Of a DNA stretch of 64,000 nt, positions 19,563 to 29,174 are shown piece by piece; the stretch's first letter is position 1; each line of letters opens with the position of its first letter. The notes under the pieces are model-generated. The model ran no database searches. It saw nothing but the letters and a program-made list of their open reading frames with translations, and was not told the DNA's origin. The translations under genes and the position numbers were made by a program. This stretch comes from an uncultured Clostridia bacterium (lineage in GTDB: Bacteria > Bacillota > Clostridia > Christensenellales > DTU072): NCBI GenBank assembly GCA_944372095.1, contig CALVYG010000048.1, positions 64,136 through 128,135 on the forward strand. Reading direction: 5' to 3'.

Positions 19563-20145
19563 AATTTTCAATAATTTGGTCTATTCTTTCAAATATCTCG
19601 TCCAATCCCGTTTTTTTATATGACGAGCATATATATATATTGTCTACTCCTACTCCGATATAATCGGCGATTTCTTTTTTTCTTTTCAATCCCGCACTTC
19701 TGCTTAACTTATCAGCTTTAGTCGCTATTATGGTAAAAGGTAAATTATAGTAGTATAGATATTTTAACATTATCATATCGTTTTCTGTCGGATTGTGTCT
19801 GATATCCAAAAGCATAAAAACGTGTTTAAGCCCGACAGAATTTTTCAAATACCCCTCGATAAGTGTCCCCCAGCGTTTTTTTTCTTTATCATTAACTTTT
19901 GCAAACCCGTATCCGGGTAAATCTACCAGATAAAATTGCCCGTCATTGATTTTATAAAAATTCAACAAGCGTGTCCTTCCAGGTTCTTTACTCGTTTTTG
20001 CAAGTTTAGAGTTATTGCAAATAAAATTGATAAAAGAGGACTTTCCGACATTTGATTTTCCCGCTACGGCTATTTCAATCGGATATGATTCCTTAATTTG
20101 ACGCAAATCTGCTATACTTGTTAAGAATAATGCGGATTTAATCAT
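19561..20145 (-). CDS. engB: Ribosome biogenesis GTPase EngB/YsxC
   Basis: GKSNVGKSSFIN P-loop, DLPGYG and TKADK motifs. Lies downstream of clpX. Confidence 0.9.
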   Translation of the reverse strand: MIKSALFLTSIADLRQIKESYPIEIAVAGKSNVGKSSFINFICNNSKLAKTSKEPGRTRLLNFYKINDGQFYLVDLPGYGFAKVNDKEKKRWGTLIEGYLKNSVGLKHVFMLLDIRHNPTENDMIMLKYLYYYNLPFTIIATKADKLSRSAGLKRKKEIADYIGVGVDNIYICSSYKKTGLDEIFERIDQIIEN

Positions 20146-20150
20146 TTTTC

Positions 20151-20181
20151 TCCATAAAATGCGCCCTGATATAAGGGCGCA
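20151..20181 (-). terminator. Rho-independent terminator after clpX
   Basis: Stem atgcgccct/agggcgcat followed by a U-run on the minus strand. Confidence 0.6.
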
Positions 20182-20192
20182 TATATAAGTTT

Positions 20193-21452
20193 TTAAGCTA
20201 TTTTTTTTCGTATTACTATCGGTTCGCTTCCTTTATCGATTGCGTCTTCGTTAACTATTACTTTAATTACATCCGGATCGGAAGGAATTTCGTACATCAC
20301 ATTCAGCATCGACTTTTCAACTATCGTTCGTAAACCTCTCGCGCCTGTTTTAAGCTTCATTGATTTTCTTGCAACCGCCCTCAATGCTCCTTCTGTAAAT
20401 TCCAAATCAACGTTATTAAGTTTCATCATTTTTACATATTGTTTGGTTATGGCATTTTTAGGTTCAGTCATAATACGGACAAGGTCATCTTCCGTCAGTT
20501 GGTCAAGCGTCGCTATAATCGGCATTCTTCCTACAAATTCCGGAATAAGACCATATTTAATCAAATCATCCGGCTGTAAATCCTGCATATTTTCAGCATA
20601 ATTTCCGTCTTTTTCTCTCAGATGTCCGCCAAACCCCAAAGAAGAATTATCCTTACGACTGCTCACAACTTTTTCCAAACCCACAAAAGCTCCGCCGCAT
20701 ATAAATAAAATGTTCGTGGTATCTATCTGAATAAATTCTTCCTGCGGATGTTTCCTTCCTCCGTGAGGCGGAACATTTGCAACGGTTGATTCAATTATTT
20801 TTAACAACGCTTGTTGCACACCTTCGCCGCTCACGTCTCTTGTGATGCTGACGTTCTCTGTTTTTCTACATATTTTATCTATTTCATCTATATAAACAAT
20901 ACCTTTTTCTGCTTTTGAAACGTCTCCGTCGGCCGCCTGTATGAGTTTCAACAAAATATTCTCTACATCTTCTCCGACATATCCCGCTTCGGTGAGCGTA
21001 GTAGCGTCTGCCACACAAAAAGGGACATTCAATATATCTGCCAAAGTACGTGCAAGTAAAGTTTTCCCGCTTCCCGTCGGGCCAAGCATAAGAACATTGC
21101 TTTTATCTAATTTAACGCTGTTTTCTTCTTTAACGTCCAAATCTCTGATTCTCTTATAGTGATTGTACACTGCGACGGAAAGTATCTTTTTGGCGGTATG
21201 CTGCCCAACAATATATTCGTCCAGTTTTTCTTTAATTTCATGCGGAGTAGGAAGCGGCTTGTCTGTCTCAGGGACTACGCCGTTTGCTTTCGCCTCCGCT
21301 TCTTCAAGTTCTTTAAGAGTTTCATTGGCTCTGAATACACATAAATTGCATAAAGAAACACATCCGGGACCTTCAAGCAACGTCACGGCATCTTTGGCTG
21401 TTCTCCCGCAAAAAATACATCTTTCACTGTCAACTTCTATTCTGTTAATCAT
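20193..21452 (-). CDS. clpX: ATP-dependent Clp protease ATP-binding subunit ClpX
   Basis: N-terminal zinc finger CIFCG...CNLC and Walker [12 protein letters not shown]. Confidence 0.95.
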   Translation of the reverse strand: MINRIEVDSERCIFCGRTAKDAVTLLEGPGCVSLCNLCVFRANETLKELEEAEAKANGVVPETDKPLPTPHEIKEKLDEYIVGQHTAKKILSVAVYNHYKRIRDLDVKEENSVKLDKSNVLMLGPTGSGKTLLARTLADILNVPFCVADATTLTEAGYVGEDVENILLKLIQAADGDVSKAEKGIVYIDEIDKICRKTENVSITRDVSGEGVQQALLKIIESTVANVPPHGGRKHPQEEFIQIDTTNILFICGGAFVGLEKVVSSRKDNSSLGFGGHLREKDGNYAENMQDLQPDDLIKYGLIPEFVGRMPIIATLDQLTEDDLVRIMTEPKNAITKQYVKMMKLNNVDLEFTEGALRAVARKSMKLKTGARGLRTIVEKSMLNVMYEIPSDPDVIKVIVNEDAIDKGSEPIVIRKKIA

Positions 21453-22042
21453 TTAGCCTCCTGTCTTGACACATACACTTTGTCAATTATTCCGTAGTCC
21501 TTTGCTTCCGAGGCATCCATATAAAAATCTCTCTCAACATCTTTTTGGATTTTATCCAAAGGCTGATTCGTGTTTTCGGCAAGAATTTTATTCATTTTCG
21601 TACGAAGCTTTAAAATACGGTCTGCGACAATTGCAATTTCTGTGGCTTGTCCGGATACTCCGCCTGAAGGTTGATGAATCATTATTTCGCTGTTCGCAAG
21701 AGCAAATCTTTTACCTTTTGTTCCAGCACTCAATAGAAATGCTCCCATGCTGGCGGCAAGTCCGACACATATTGTACTTACGTCACATTTAATGTATTTC
21801 ATAGTATCATATATTGCCATTCCGTCAGTAACGGAACCACCGGGACTGTTAATATAAAGGCTTATATCCTTATCCGGGTCCTTTGTTTCCAGATACAACA
21901 ACTGCGCAACAACGCTGTTAGCAGTGTTTGAATCTATTTCTCCCGTCAAAAAAATAATTCTGTCTTCCAAAAGCCGCGAATATAAATCGTAGCTTCTTTC
22001 TCCGCGAGTATCTTTTTCTATAACAAAGGGTATAGATGCCAT
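21449..22042 (-). CDS. clpP: ATP-dependent Clp protease proteolytic subunit
   Basis: [11 protein letters not shown] (catalytic Ser) and IMIHQP. 4-nt overlap with clpX. Confidence 0.95.
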   Translation of the reverse strand: MASIPFVIEKDTRGERSYDLYSRLLEDRIIFLTGEIDSNTANSVVAQLLYLETKDPDKDISLYINSPGGSVTDGMAIYDTMKYIKCDVSTICVGLAASMGAFLLSAGTKGKRFALANSEIMIHQPSGGVSGQATEIAIVADRILKLRTKMNKILAENTNQPLDKIQKDVERDFYMDASEAKDYGIIDKVYVSRQEAK

Positions 22043-22096
22043 TTTATTTCCCTCCGATTTTGAGTGTCTTATATTTTCTTTATTAATTATATTATT

Positions 22097-23347
22097 CTAC
22101 TTTATCTCATTATTTTCTTTAAGGAATATGAAAAGTTTGTCGGTAAGAATTTGATTTGCGAAATAATTTGTTGCTTCTCTCAAATCCTTTTGCTCAATCC
22201 CTTCAAGTTTCTCTTTAATTTCTTCCGCCGTAACGGTTATATTTTCCTTTTTGCAAATCTCTTCTAAAATTAAACGTATTTTAATATTGCGCAGTGCCTC
22301 GTCCCTTTTATCGGATTTAATCTGTTCAACCGTAGTCCCGGTATATTTTAGATAGTCTTCAAGTTTTAATCCGTACTGAGCCATACTTTGTTCCATCTCT
22401 TTAATTCTGTAATCGAGTTCTTCATCTACCATACAATCAGGTATCTCAATTTCCGTATTAGCGGCAATCTTTTCCACAATATCGTTTTCAAGTTTAATAT
22501 CCGCATTTTTAACTTTGGTTTCGAGTAATTTTGATTTAATCTTTTCTTTCCATTCTTCAACGGTATTAAGCTCGTCGTCAATATCTTTAACAAACTCATC
22601 GTCAAGAACGGGGAGTTCTTTTTTCTGCACTTCGTGGAGAACAATAGAGAAAGTTGCCTTTTTCCCTGCAAGTTCTTTGCTGCCGTAATCTTCCGGGAAC
22701 GTCACTTCAATATCTTTCTTATCTCCTTTATTCATCCCGACCAACTGTTCTTCAAAACCCGGAATAAAAGTTTTACTGCCAAGTTCAAGAGATTGTTTTT
22801 CGGCAGTTCCTCCTTCAAATTTTTTACGGCCGATTTTTCCACTGTAATCGATAATTACGGTATCTCCAATTTCTGCCGGAGCATCTTTTTCAATAAGCCT
22901 TGCGCGGGAATTCAACTCTTTGTCTATTTCTTTATTGACTTCTTCGTCACTTACTTCCGTAGATGATTTTTCAAAGCTAAGCCCTTTATATTGTCCGAGC
23001 TCAAATTCAGGTTTAATTATAACCGTTATAACAAACTTTGCCCCGTCTTCACCGATGCTTTTAACATCGAAGTCAGGATTCGTTATGACTTGAAGCTTTT
23101 CTTTTTCTATAATTTCGCTATAAGATTTATCCGCGGCGATATCCAATGCTTCTTCGTAGAAAAATTCTTTGCCGTATCTGTTAATAAGTATATTCATAGG
23201 AACTTTTCCTTTACGGAAACCCTCTACCGAATATTTGAATTTATTTTTTGCGTATGCCTCTTTTGCATAGGCTTCCCATTCTTCCTTATCGATGCTTATG
23301 GCAATCTCCACTTTCGTTTTGCTCAGTTTCTGTAACGAGTATTCCAT
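22097..23347 (-). CDS. tig: Trigger factor
   Basis: GFRKGKVP ribosome-binding signature and a central FKBP-like domain. tig-clpP-clpX synteny. Confidence 0.92.
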   Translation of the reverse strand: MEYSLQKLSKTKVEIAISIDKEEWEAYAKEAYAKNKFKYSVEGFRKGKVPMNILINRYGKEFFYEEALDIAADKSYSEIIEKEKLQVITNPDFDVKSIGEDGAKFVITVIIKPEFELGQYKGLSFEKSSTEVSDEEVNKEIDKELNSRARLIEKDAPAEIGDTVIIDYSGKIGRKKFEGGTAEKQSLELGSKTFIPGFEEQLVGMNKGDKKDIEVTFPEDYGSKELAGKKATFSIVLHEVQKKELPVLDDEFVKDIDDELNTVEEWKEKIKSKLLETKVKNADIKLENDIVEKIAANTEIEIPDCMVDEELDYRIKEMEQSMAQYGLKLEDYLKYTGTTVEQIKSDKRDEALRNIKIRLILEEICKKENITVTAEEIKEKLEGIEQKDLREATNYFANQILTDKLFIFLKENNEIK

Positions 23348-23453
23348 TTTGTTATTGACCTCCGTATATATACTCTTAAATATTTCTATTTATATTATCA
23401 TAATCTGTCGTATCTTGCAAATTTTTGAAGCACTTAAACAATATATATTATGC

Positions 23454-24860
23454 TTAACTTTCCTGATATGCTGTCTGTTCCTTTTTAGTGCTGACCTGCG
23501 TATATTTAGATTGATTCTCGCTCTCGGTAAAACGCATATAGGCTCCAGCCCAATCGAATCTAATCTGGTCCAATTCTCCGTTACGATGCTTTGCTACGTT
23601 TAATAAAATCGGACTTTCTTTGTCGTTCTCGATTTCTCTGGATAAAAACATAACTATATCGGCGTCCTGCTCAATTGCACCCGATTCACGCAAATCGCTT
23701 AAAACAGGTGTTTTATCTTGTCTGCTTTCTATCCCACGCGACATTTGTGACAATAAAAGCACAGGACAATTCAGTTCTTTCGCTGCAATCTTCATCATTC
23801 TTGACATATCGGAAACATCCTGTTGTCTGTTTTGCTCCCTGCGCTTATCGCCGTTGTCCATTAATCCGAGATAATCTATAACAACCAAATCCAGCGAAGT
23901 AAAGCCTTTACCCGAACAACATAATTTCCTGCATTGATTAAGTATATCTTTTGGTGTTACAACGCTTGAATCATTGATAAATATCCTTGAATCACTGAGA
24001 ATTTTAGTCATTTCCCATAAATTTTTATGGGAAGAACCGATAAGTTCTCCAGTATTGAGCTCATTCATATTTACACTTGCCATATTGCTTAACATACGTT
24101 GAGCAATCTGAGTTGCCGGCATTTCCAATGAATAAATAGCAATGACTCTTTTTTCTCCCGTCCTTTTGGCAATATTTGCAACGATATTTAACGCAAAAGC
24201 CGTTTTACCGACAGAAGGTCTTGCCGCAAGTATAATTAAATCGCCTTTCTGTAACCCGTTAGTCAGTTTATCCAATCGCGGAAAACCTGTAAGAACTCCG
24301 CGAAAAGCGTTTTTGTCCTTCGCCATAGCATCCATTCTGTCTATAAGATTCGCCGCAGGAGACGATATATGTACCAGTGCGCTGCTCGTAAGTTTATTCG
24401 ATATGTCAAAAATCTGCTTTTCGGCATTTCTGAGCGTAACTTCCTCATCTGTAGAATTATAAGCGTCTTCGATAATAGCATTACAACGCGTTATGACCTC
24501 TCTCAAAATCATATCGCGCGTAATTATTTTCACATACTGCTGACAATTTGCTCCCGACGGCAGAAGAGAAGCAATTTCTGTCAGATAAGTAAGACTGTCC
24601 GGCTCACCTTTTTTTTCCAAAAAATCATTAACGGTTATAACGTCGACAGATAATTGAGTTTTGTCAACTTCGAGCATAGTATCGAATATTTTTCTGTTCA
24701 ATTTGTTGTAAAAAGCTTCCGGAGCAATTTTTGTCAGATATTCCCCTGCAATATTGCCGTCTATTAATAAACAACATAGAACACACTGTTCGGCCTCGTA
24801 ACTATTAGGAAAAACTTTCAGTTGCGGAGCGGCCTTATCTTTTGTCTTACTAGTCTCCAT
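23454..24860 (-). CDS. dnaB: Replicative DNA helicase
   Basis: PNSYEAEQCVLCCLL N-terminal domain and Walker A ARPSVGKTAFALN. Start set to METSK at 24860, which overlaps the upstream stop as TAATG. Confidence 0.9.
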   Translation of the reverse strand: METSKTKDKAAPQLKVFPNSYEAEQCVLCCLLIDGNIAGEYLTKIAPEAFYNKLNRKIFDTMLEVDKTQLSVDVITVNDFLEKKGEPDSLTYLTEIASLLPSGANCQQYVKIITRDMILREVITRCNAIIEDAYNSTDEEVTLRNAEKQIFDISNKLTSSALVHISSPAANLIDRMDAMAKDKNAFRGVLTGFPRLDKLTNGLQKGDLIILAARPSVGKTAFALNIVANIAKRTGEKRVIAIYSLEMPATQIAQRMLSNMASVNMNELNTGELIGSSHKNLWEMTKILSDSRIFINDSSVVTPKDILNQCRKLCCSGKGFTSLDLVVIDYLGLMDNGDKRREQNRQQDVSDMSRMMKIAAKELNCPVLLLSQMSRGIESRQDKTPVLSDLRESGAIEQDADIVMFLSREIENDKESPILLNVAKHRNGELDQIRFDWAGAYMRFTESENQSKYTQVSTKKEQTAYQES

Positions 24861-25702
24861 TATTGTCTCCTTTTCTTTTTGATAACCAATACCGTAAGCG
24901 GAATTGCAAGAACAACTATGCCGGCAATTATAGCAATGAGATACCATCCTGACGAATTCGGAGAATGCTGATTAACTGTAATAAACCTTTCTCTTTCCGA
25001 AACTTTCATATTGAAAATATGGTAATACATATGCTCTGATGCCGAATAAGAAATCTTATCGGCTGAACTTGTTATAAGATTCTCTCCATATGGCGTTCCG
25101 TAAACGTAAGAAAGCAGTATGTTTTCATCTTCAATCCCTGCATCAACGCATGCGTTATAAATTCTGTTTACAAATTTTCCTTCCGTCTTTAACCCTGTAA
25201 AAACTGTCTGAAAAGTATTGGAATAATCTGTATAAAACAAAGTTTTTTTGACAGGCACACTGGGTTCACCTATTGAATATCCGTTTTCTCCCTGTGAAAT
25301 GTAATAATCGGTTAAGGAATCATACGATAAATAAGCCGTCATTTTCCCGTTGTCTATATCAACGTCCAAAGAAAATCCGTTTTTCAAAAAAGTATCTTTT
25401 ACCGAATTTATAAGCTCTTTTTTGTTTTCAACCGAAGAATAAAAAGCGTTATCAAAAGTAACGTCATAAGCAAAATAAACGCCGGAAAGATATAAAATAT
25501 AATAGTGATAGGATATTTGAACGTTATATCCGTCATCAAGCGTATAACCGTATGAATATTGGTCTGACGTACTCTCTTCAGCATAAACGGGTTTGTCCGT
25601 GCTTATAAAAAAACACGACAGAAAAAAACAAAGCAATAACATAATTATAATATTACCGAACGCCGCAATAGCCGGCGAACCCGTATTTTTTCTTGTAATC
25701 AT
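24860..25702 (-). CDS. Hypothetical surface-exposed protein (N-terminal signal/TM, C-terminal TM anchor + KKKRRQ)
   Basis: Tyr/Asp/Ser-rich ectodomain with no recognisable motif. Translationally coupled on both sides (ATGA with pepF, TAATG with dnaB). Confidence 0.6.
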   Translation of the reverse strand: MITRKNTGSPAIAAFGNIIIMLLLCFFLSCFFISTDKPVYAEESTSDQYSYGYTLDDGYNVQISYHYYILYLSGVYFAYDVTFDNAFYSSVENKKELINSVKDTFLKNGFSLDVDIDNGKMTAYLSYDSLTDYYISQGENGYSIGEPSVPVKKTLFYTDYSNTFQTVFTGLKTEGKFVNRIYNACVDAGIEDENILLSYVYGTPYGENLITSSADKISYSASEHMYYHIFNMKVSERERFITVNQHSPNSSGWYLIAIIAGIVVLAIPLTVLVIKKKRRQ

Positions 25703-27468
25703 AATTTTTTCAATTCTTTAAGGACTCCCTTGAATTCTTTCATTGCCTCAATAAACGGAGATTTTTTTGTAAGGTCAATATCTACAATGCTCAGAATATC
25801 CATGGGATATTTACTTCCTCCGCTTTTAAGAAACTCTTTATATTTATTAACAAAATCAGCGTCCTGTAAAATTCTGTTTGCAATATTAATTGCACAAATA
25901 ATACCTGTTGCATATTTATAAACGTAAAATGCCCTATAAAAATGTGGTATTCTTGCCCATTCGTAAGCAATATTATCATCGGTAACAACAGCGTTCCCGT
26001 AATACTTTACATTCAATTCCGCATAGTATTTATTTAACTTCTCATACCCTAGCGCATCGCCTTTTTCGGCTGTTTCATGGGTAAACTTTTCAAATTCCGC
26101 AAACATTGTCTGCCGGAAAAGCGTGGTTCTTATCATATCAATGTAATAGCTTAAAAGATACTTTCGGTTATCTCCCTCTGCCGTATTAAGCAAATATTTA
26201 ATAAGCAATACCTCATTTACGGTACTGGCAATTTCCGCAAGAAATATACAATAATCTGCTTTCTCGTAAACCTGTGAAGAATTTGAATAGTAAGAATGCA
26301 TAGCATGCCCCATTTCATGAGCAATAGTAAAAACGTCATGCATCGTTCCTTTATGATTAAGCAGAACAAAAGGATGCGTTCCGTAAACCGCCCATGAATA
26401 AGCGCCGCTTCGCTTATTTTCCGTTTCTTCCACATCAAGCCATCTTTCGTCTTTGGCTTTCCTTAACATTTCCGTATAATCTTTTCCAAGCGGTTCAAGA
26501 GCTTTTCCCACAACTTCATAAGCTTTATCATAATCTATATCGGTATCCGTTTTATTTACAATCGGCACATACATATCGTACATATGCATTTCCCTGAGCT
26601 TCAAAGCTTTTTTACGATATGCCACATATTCATGCATTGTCGAAATATATTTATTCACTACATCTATAAGATTATCGTAAACCTTTGCAGGAATGTTTTC
26701 TCCATAAAGAGCTTTTTCGAGACAATTTGAAAATTTTCTTGCTTTTGCATAAAAGCAGTCTTTTTTTACACTCCCGGCATATGTAGCCGCAATTGTGTTT
26801 ATCATTTTTGCATAGCCTGCATAAAGTTTTTCATAAGCTTCTCTTCTTATTGCTTCGTTTTTATTCTGCATACATACAGAATAGATTCCATGGCTAATCT
26901 TTATTTTTCCGTTTCCTAAATCTATTTCCCCGAAATCGGCATCAACATTGTCAAACATAGAAAAAACAGTTCTGAAATCTCCAGCAAAACTTTGCGTATA
27001 CGAAAGTAATGTTTCTTCCCTCTCTGATAAAAGATGTTTTTTAGTCCTAATAACCGAATCAAGGTACATTGAAAAATACGAATATTTTTCACTATCTCTC
27101 ATTTTTATTAAATCCGATTTATTAAAAGACGAAAGAGCCGGTTCGATAAACGCACATGCGGTAGCAAATCTGACACTCAGAAATTCTATTTTTTCGCATA
27201 ATTCAAGATAATAAGAATCGGCTTTATTTTCATCGCTTTTCAAATTAAGGTAGACATATGCTTTTTCGATTTTGTAACCTATTTTACTTCTTGTTAAAAG
27301 GCAATCTATCGCATTCTCAACCGTAAGTTTTCCTTTGAATAAAGCAATTTCCTCACAACCTGCTTCAATATCCTTAAATATTTTAGGCAAGTCTGATTCA
27401 GACAAAATATCTTCTACTGACCACTTTCTTCTTTCGGAAACAGAATTTCTGGTAAGAGCTCCGTTCAT
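25699..27468 (-). CDS. pepF: Oligoendopeptidase F (M3B family)
   Basis: HEMGHAMH zinc motif. Length and overall pattern are typical of PepF. Confidence 0.88.
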   Translation of the reverse strand: MNGALTRNSVSERRKWSVEDILSESDLPKIFKDIEAGCEEIALFKGKLTVENAIDCLLTRSKIGYKIEKAYVYLNLKSDENKADSYYLELCEKIEFLSVRFATACAFIEPALSSFNKSDLIKMRDSEKYSYFSMYLDSVIRTKKHLLSEREETLLSYTQSFAGDFRTVFSMFDNVDADFGEIDLGNGKIKISHGIYSVCMQNKNEAIRREAYEKLYAGYAKMINTIAATYAGSVKKDCFYAKARKFSNCLEKALYGENIPAKVYDNLIDVVNKYISTMHEYVAYRKKALKLREMHMYDMYVPIVNKTDTDIDYDKAYEVVGKALEPLGKDYTEMLRKAKDERWLDVEETENKRSGAYSWAVYGTHPFVLLNHKGTMHDVFTIAHEMGHAMHSYYSNSSQVYEKADYCIFLAEIASTVNEVLLIKYLLNTAEGDNRKYLLSYYIDMIRTTLFRQTMFAEFEKFTHETAEKGDALGYEKLNKYYAELNVKYYGNAVVTDDNIAYEWARIPHFYRAFYVYKYATGIICAINIANRILQDADFVNKYKEFLKSGGSKYPMDILSIVDIDLTKKSPFIEAMKEFKGVLKELKKL

Positions 27469-27624
27469 ATTTACAATCTCCGTAAAACATATTGAACCGC
27501 TTTCAGCGACTATATTAATGTATTATATATAAATATAATATAAAAGTCAACATAATCTTAACCACATTTAAGAGAATTTATACCGAATAATTCTAAGCAA
27601 AATATATTAAATCACTATTAAAAA

Positions 27625-27890
27625 TAGACGCACCCATTCCGACACGCAATACCGAATCGGCATAAGCGTAGGTGGCTCCTTCAAAGTTTCCTCATAACAC
27701 ATTCCGAAATTTGCTTAGTGCTGCTGCGGTCAAGCTCTGACACGGTTCACAACACGGAATTGTACAAGACCTTGATATCAATACTCCTTGCGTTTATCGG
27801 CTTTCCATATCGCGCGCCTCGATGGGCGTTCGACCTCGCTGTAGCGGGTTGCGAGTCACAGGGCACCGCTAACTCCCCGTCTAGCGTCTA
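27625..27890 (-). ncRNA. ffs: Signal recognition particle RNA, long Bacillus-type (with Alu domain)
   Basis: GC-rich island in AT-rich DNA. The minus strand reads GGGGAGUUAGCGGUGCCCUGUGACUCGCAACCCGCUACAGCGAGGUCGAACGCCC, closely matching my recollection of the B. subtilis scRNA 5' Alu domain, and UGAACCGUGUCAG...AGCAGCACUAAG (helix 8 flanks). The 5' UAGACGC pairs with the 3' GCGUCUA and is followed by U5. Own promoter TTGATT-16-TATAAT at 27898-27925. Confidence 0.8.
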
Positions 27891-27959
27891 TGTATTTATA
27901 TTATAAGTACTTTTTCAAAAAAATCAAGCGTTATCAATATTTTTATAATTTTTAACACT

Positions 27960-29057
27960 CTATAAATCTTCTACACTTCCGAAAAGCATTTCGCAAATCT
28001 TAGACTTTAACAATTCAATTCCTTCTCCCGTAAGCGCACTGACTTTGACGGTATTATCACCGGACGGCAATATCTCAGGTGAAGCGGAATCTGTTTTATT
28101 CAGTACGGTTATAGAGGGAATATCTCCCGCGCCGATTTTTTCGAGAACGTCTTTTACAACGTCAAATTGCTTTAACATATCCTTACTTTCGGAATTAACC
28201 ACATGTAAAATTAAATCCGAATATTTTGTTTCTTCCAACGTACTTGCAAAGGCGTTTATAAATTCATGCGGAAGTCTTGAAATAAAACCTACGGTATCCA
28301 CAAGCATAAACTCTTTGCCGGGAGCAATCCACAATTTACGGGTAACAGGGTCAAGTGTTGCAAAAAGTTTATTTTCAGCTAATACCCCCGCTTTCGTCAA
28401 CGCATTCATTAAAGTAGATTTTCCCGCATTTGTGTATCCTACGATACAAACTATTGGTATTTTGCTACTTTCTCTCTTGCTCCTTCTCAGCCTTCTGTCT
28501 GCCGCAAGCTTTTCGGCTTTCGATTCCAGCTCTTTGATTTCTGCACGTATAGTACGCTTGTCCAGCTCTAATTGCTGTTCCCCCGCGCCTCTTCTTGCTC
28601 CTCCTCCGCCGCTTCCTCCGCCGCCTTGACGCGACAATACCGCGCCTTGACCCAGTACTCTCGGCAAACTGTGTTTTTTTCTTGCAAGTTCAACCTGCAA
28701 TTTCCCCTCGTTGCTTGTCGCATGTCTTGCAAAAATCTCCAATATAAGCGTAGCTCGGTCTATAACGTCTACCCCAAGATACTTTTCCAGATTGTTGAAT
28801 TGACTCCCGGAAACGTCATTATCGAATATAACGACTTCTGCGGAAAGTTCTTCAACAGCGTTTTTCAGTTCTAAAATTTTTCCGGAACCGATATAATAAG
28901 ATTTATCCGGCTTATCTTTATGCTGCGTCATTTTCCCTACTACTTCGTAATCGGCAGTTTCCGCAAGCAAAGATAATTCATCTAAAACATTATTATCTTC
29001 TTTTCCTTTATAAACATTTACAAGAAATGCTTTCTTTTTGTTATTGATTTCTTCCAT
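27960..29057 (-). CDS. hflX: GTPase HflX
   Basis: HflX N-domain with a Gly-rich segment, G-domain GYTNAGKSTLMNAL, DTVGF and NKTD. Confidence 0.9.
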   Translation of the reverse strand: MEEINNKKKAFLVNVYKGKEDNNVLDELSLLAETADYEVVGKMTQHKDKPDKSYYIGSGKILELKNAVEELSAEVVIFDNDVSGSQFNNLEKYLGVDVIDRATLILEIFARHATSNEGKLQVELARKKHSLPRVLGQGAVLSRQGGGGSGGGGARRGAGEQQLELDKRTIRAEIKELESKAEKLAADRRLRRSKRESSKIPIVCIVGYTNAGKSTLMNALTKAGVLAENKLFATLDPVTRKLWIAPGKEFMLVDTVGFISRLPHEFINAFASTLEETKYSDLILHVVNSESKDMLKQFDVVKDVLEKIGAGDIPSITVLNKTDSASPEILPSGDNTVKVSALTGEGIELLKSKICEMLFGSVEDL

Positions 29058-29121
29058 ATTTTTTATTATAACAAATTTATTTTCTTATGCAATAATGTTA
29101 TTATCAAAAAAAACGAATTTA

Positions 29122-29158
29122 TAAAAAGCGCAACGAAAATTATCGTTGCGCTTTTTTT
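29122..29158. terminator. Hairpin terminator between spoIVA and hflX
   Basis: 11-bp stem aagcgcaacga/tcgttgcgctt flanked by an A-run and a T-run. Confidence 0.65.
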
Positions 29159-29174
29159 ATTTTATTTCACATTA

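Noticed and set aside
24861-24947. Cys-rich N-terminal extension of DnaB (MVSHCYNCRHSCSCNS...), which looks like a zinc finger
   Set aside because: This stretch is the out-of-frame 3' end of the upstream gene. DnaB homology starts at METSK, whose ATG overlaps the upstream stop (TAATG).
27625-27890. Alternative identities for the structured RNA (tmRNA, RNase P RNA, 6S RNA, riboswitch)
   Set aside because: There is no tRNA-like GGGG...UUCGA...CCACCA ends or tag ORF (tmRNA). There is no GAGGAAAGUCC motif (RNase P). The RNA has its own promoter and terminator and is not attached to a downstream gene. The Alu-domain and helix-8 flanking sequences match SRP RNA.
27718-27906. 62-aa plus-strand ORF in the GC-rich island
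   Set aside because: The region is explained by the minus-strand SRP RNA. The ORF has no SD and overlaps conserved RNA helices.
28045-28629. 194-aa plus-strand ORF antisense to hflX
   Set aside because: The translation is low-complexity Ser/Leu/Pro-rich with no SD. It is fully contained in a well-supported hflX gene and is a typical antisense shadow ORF.
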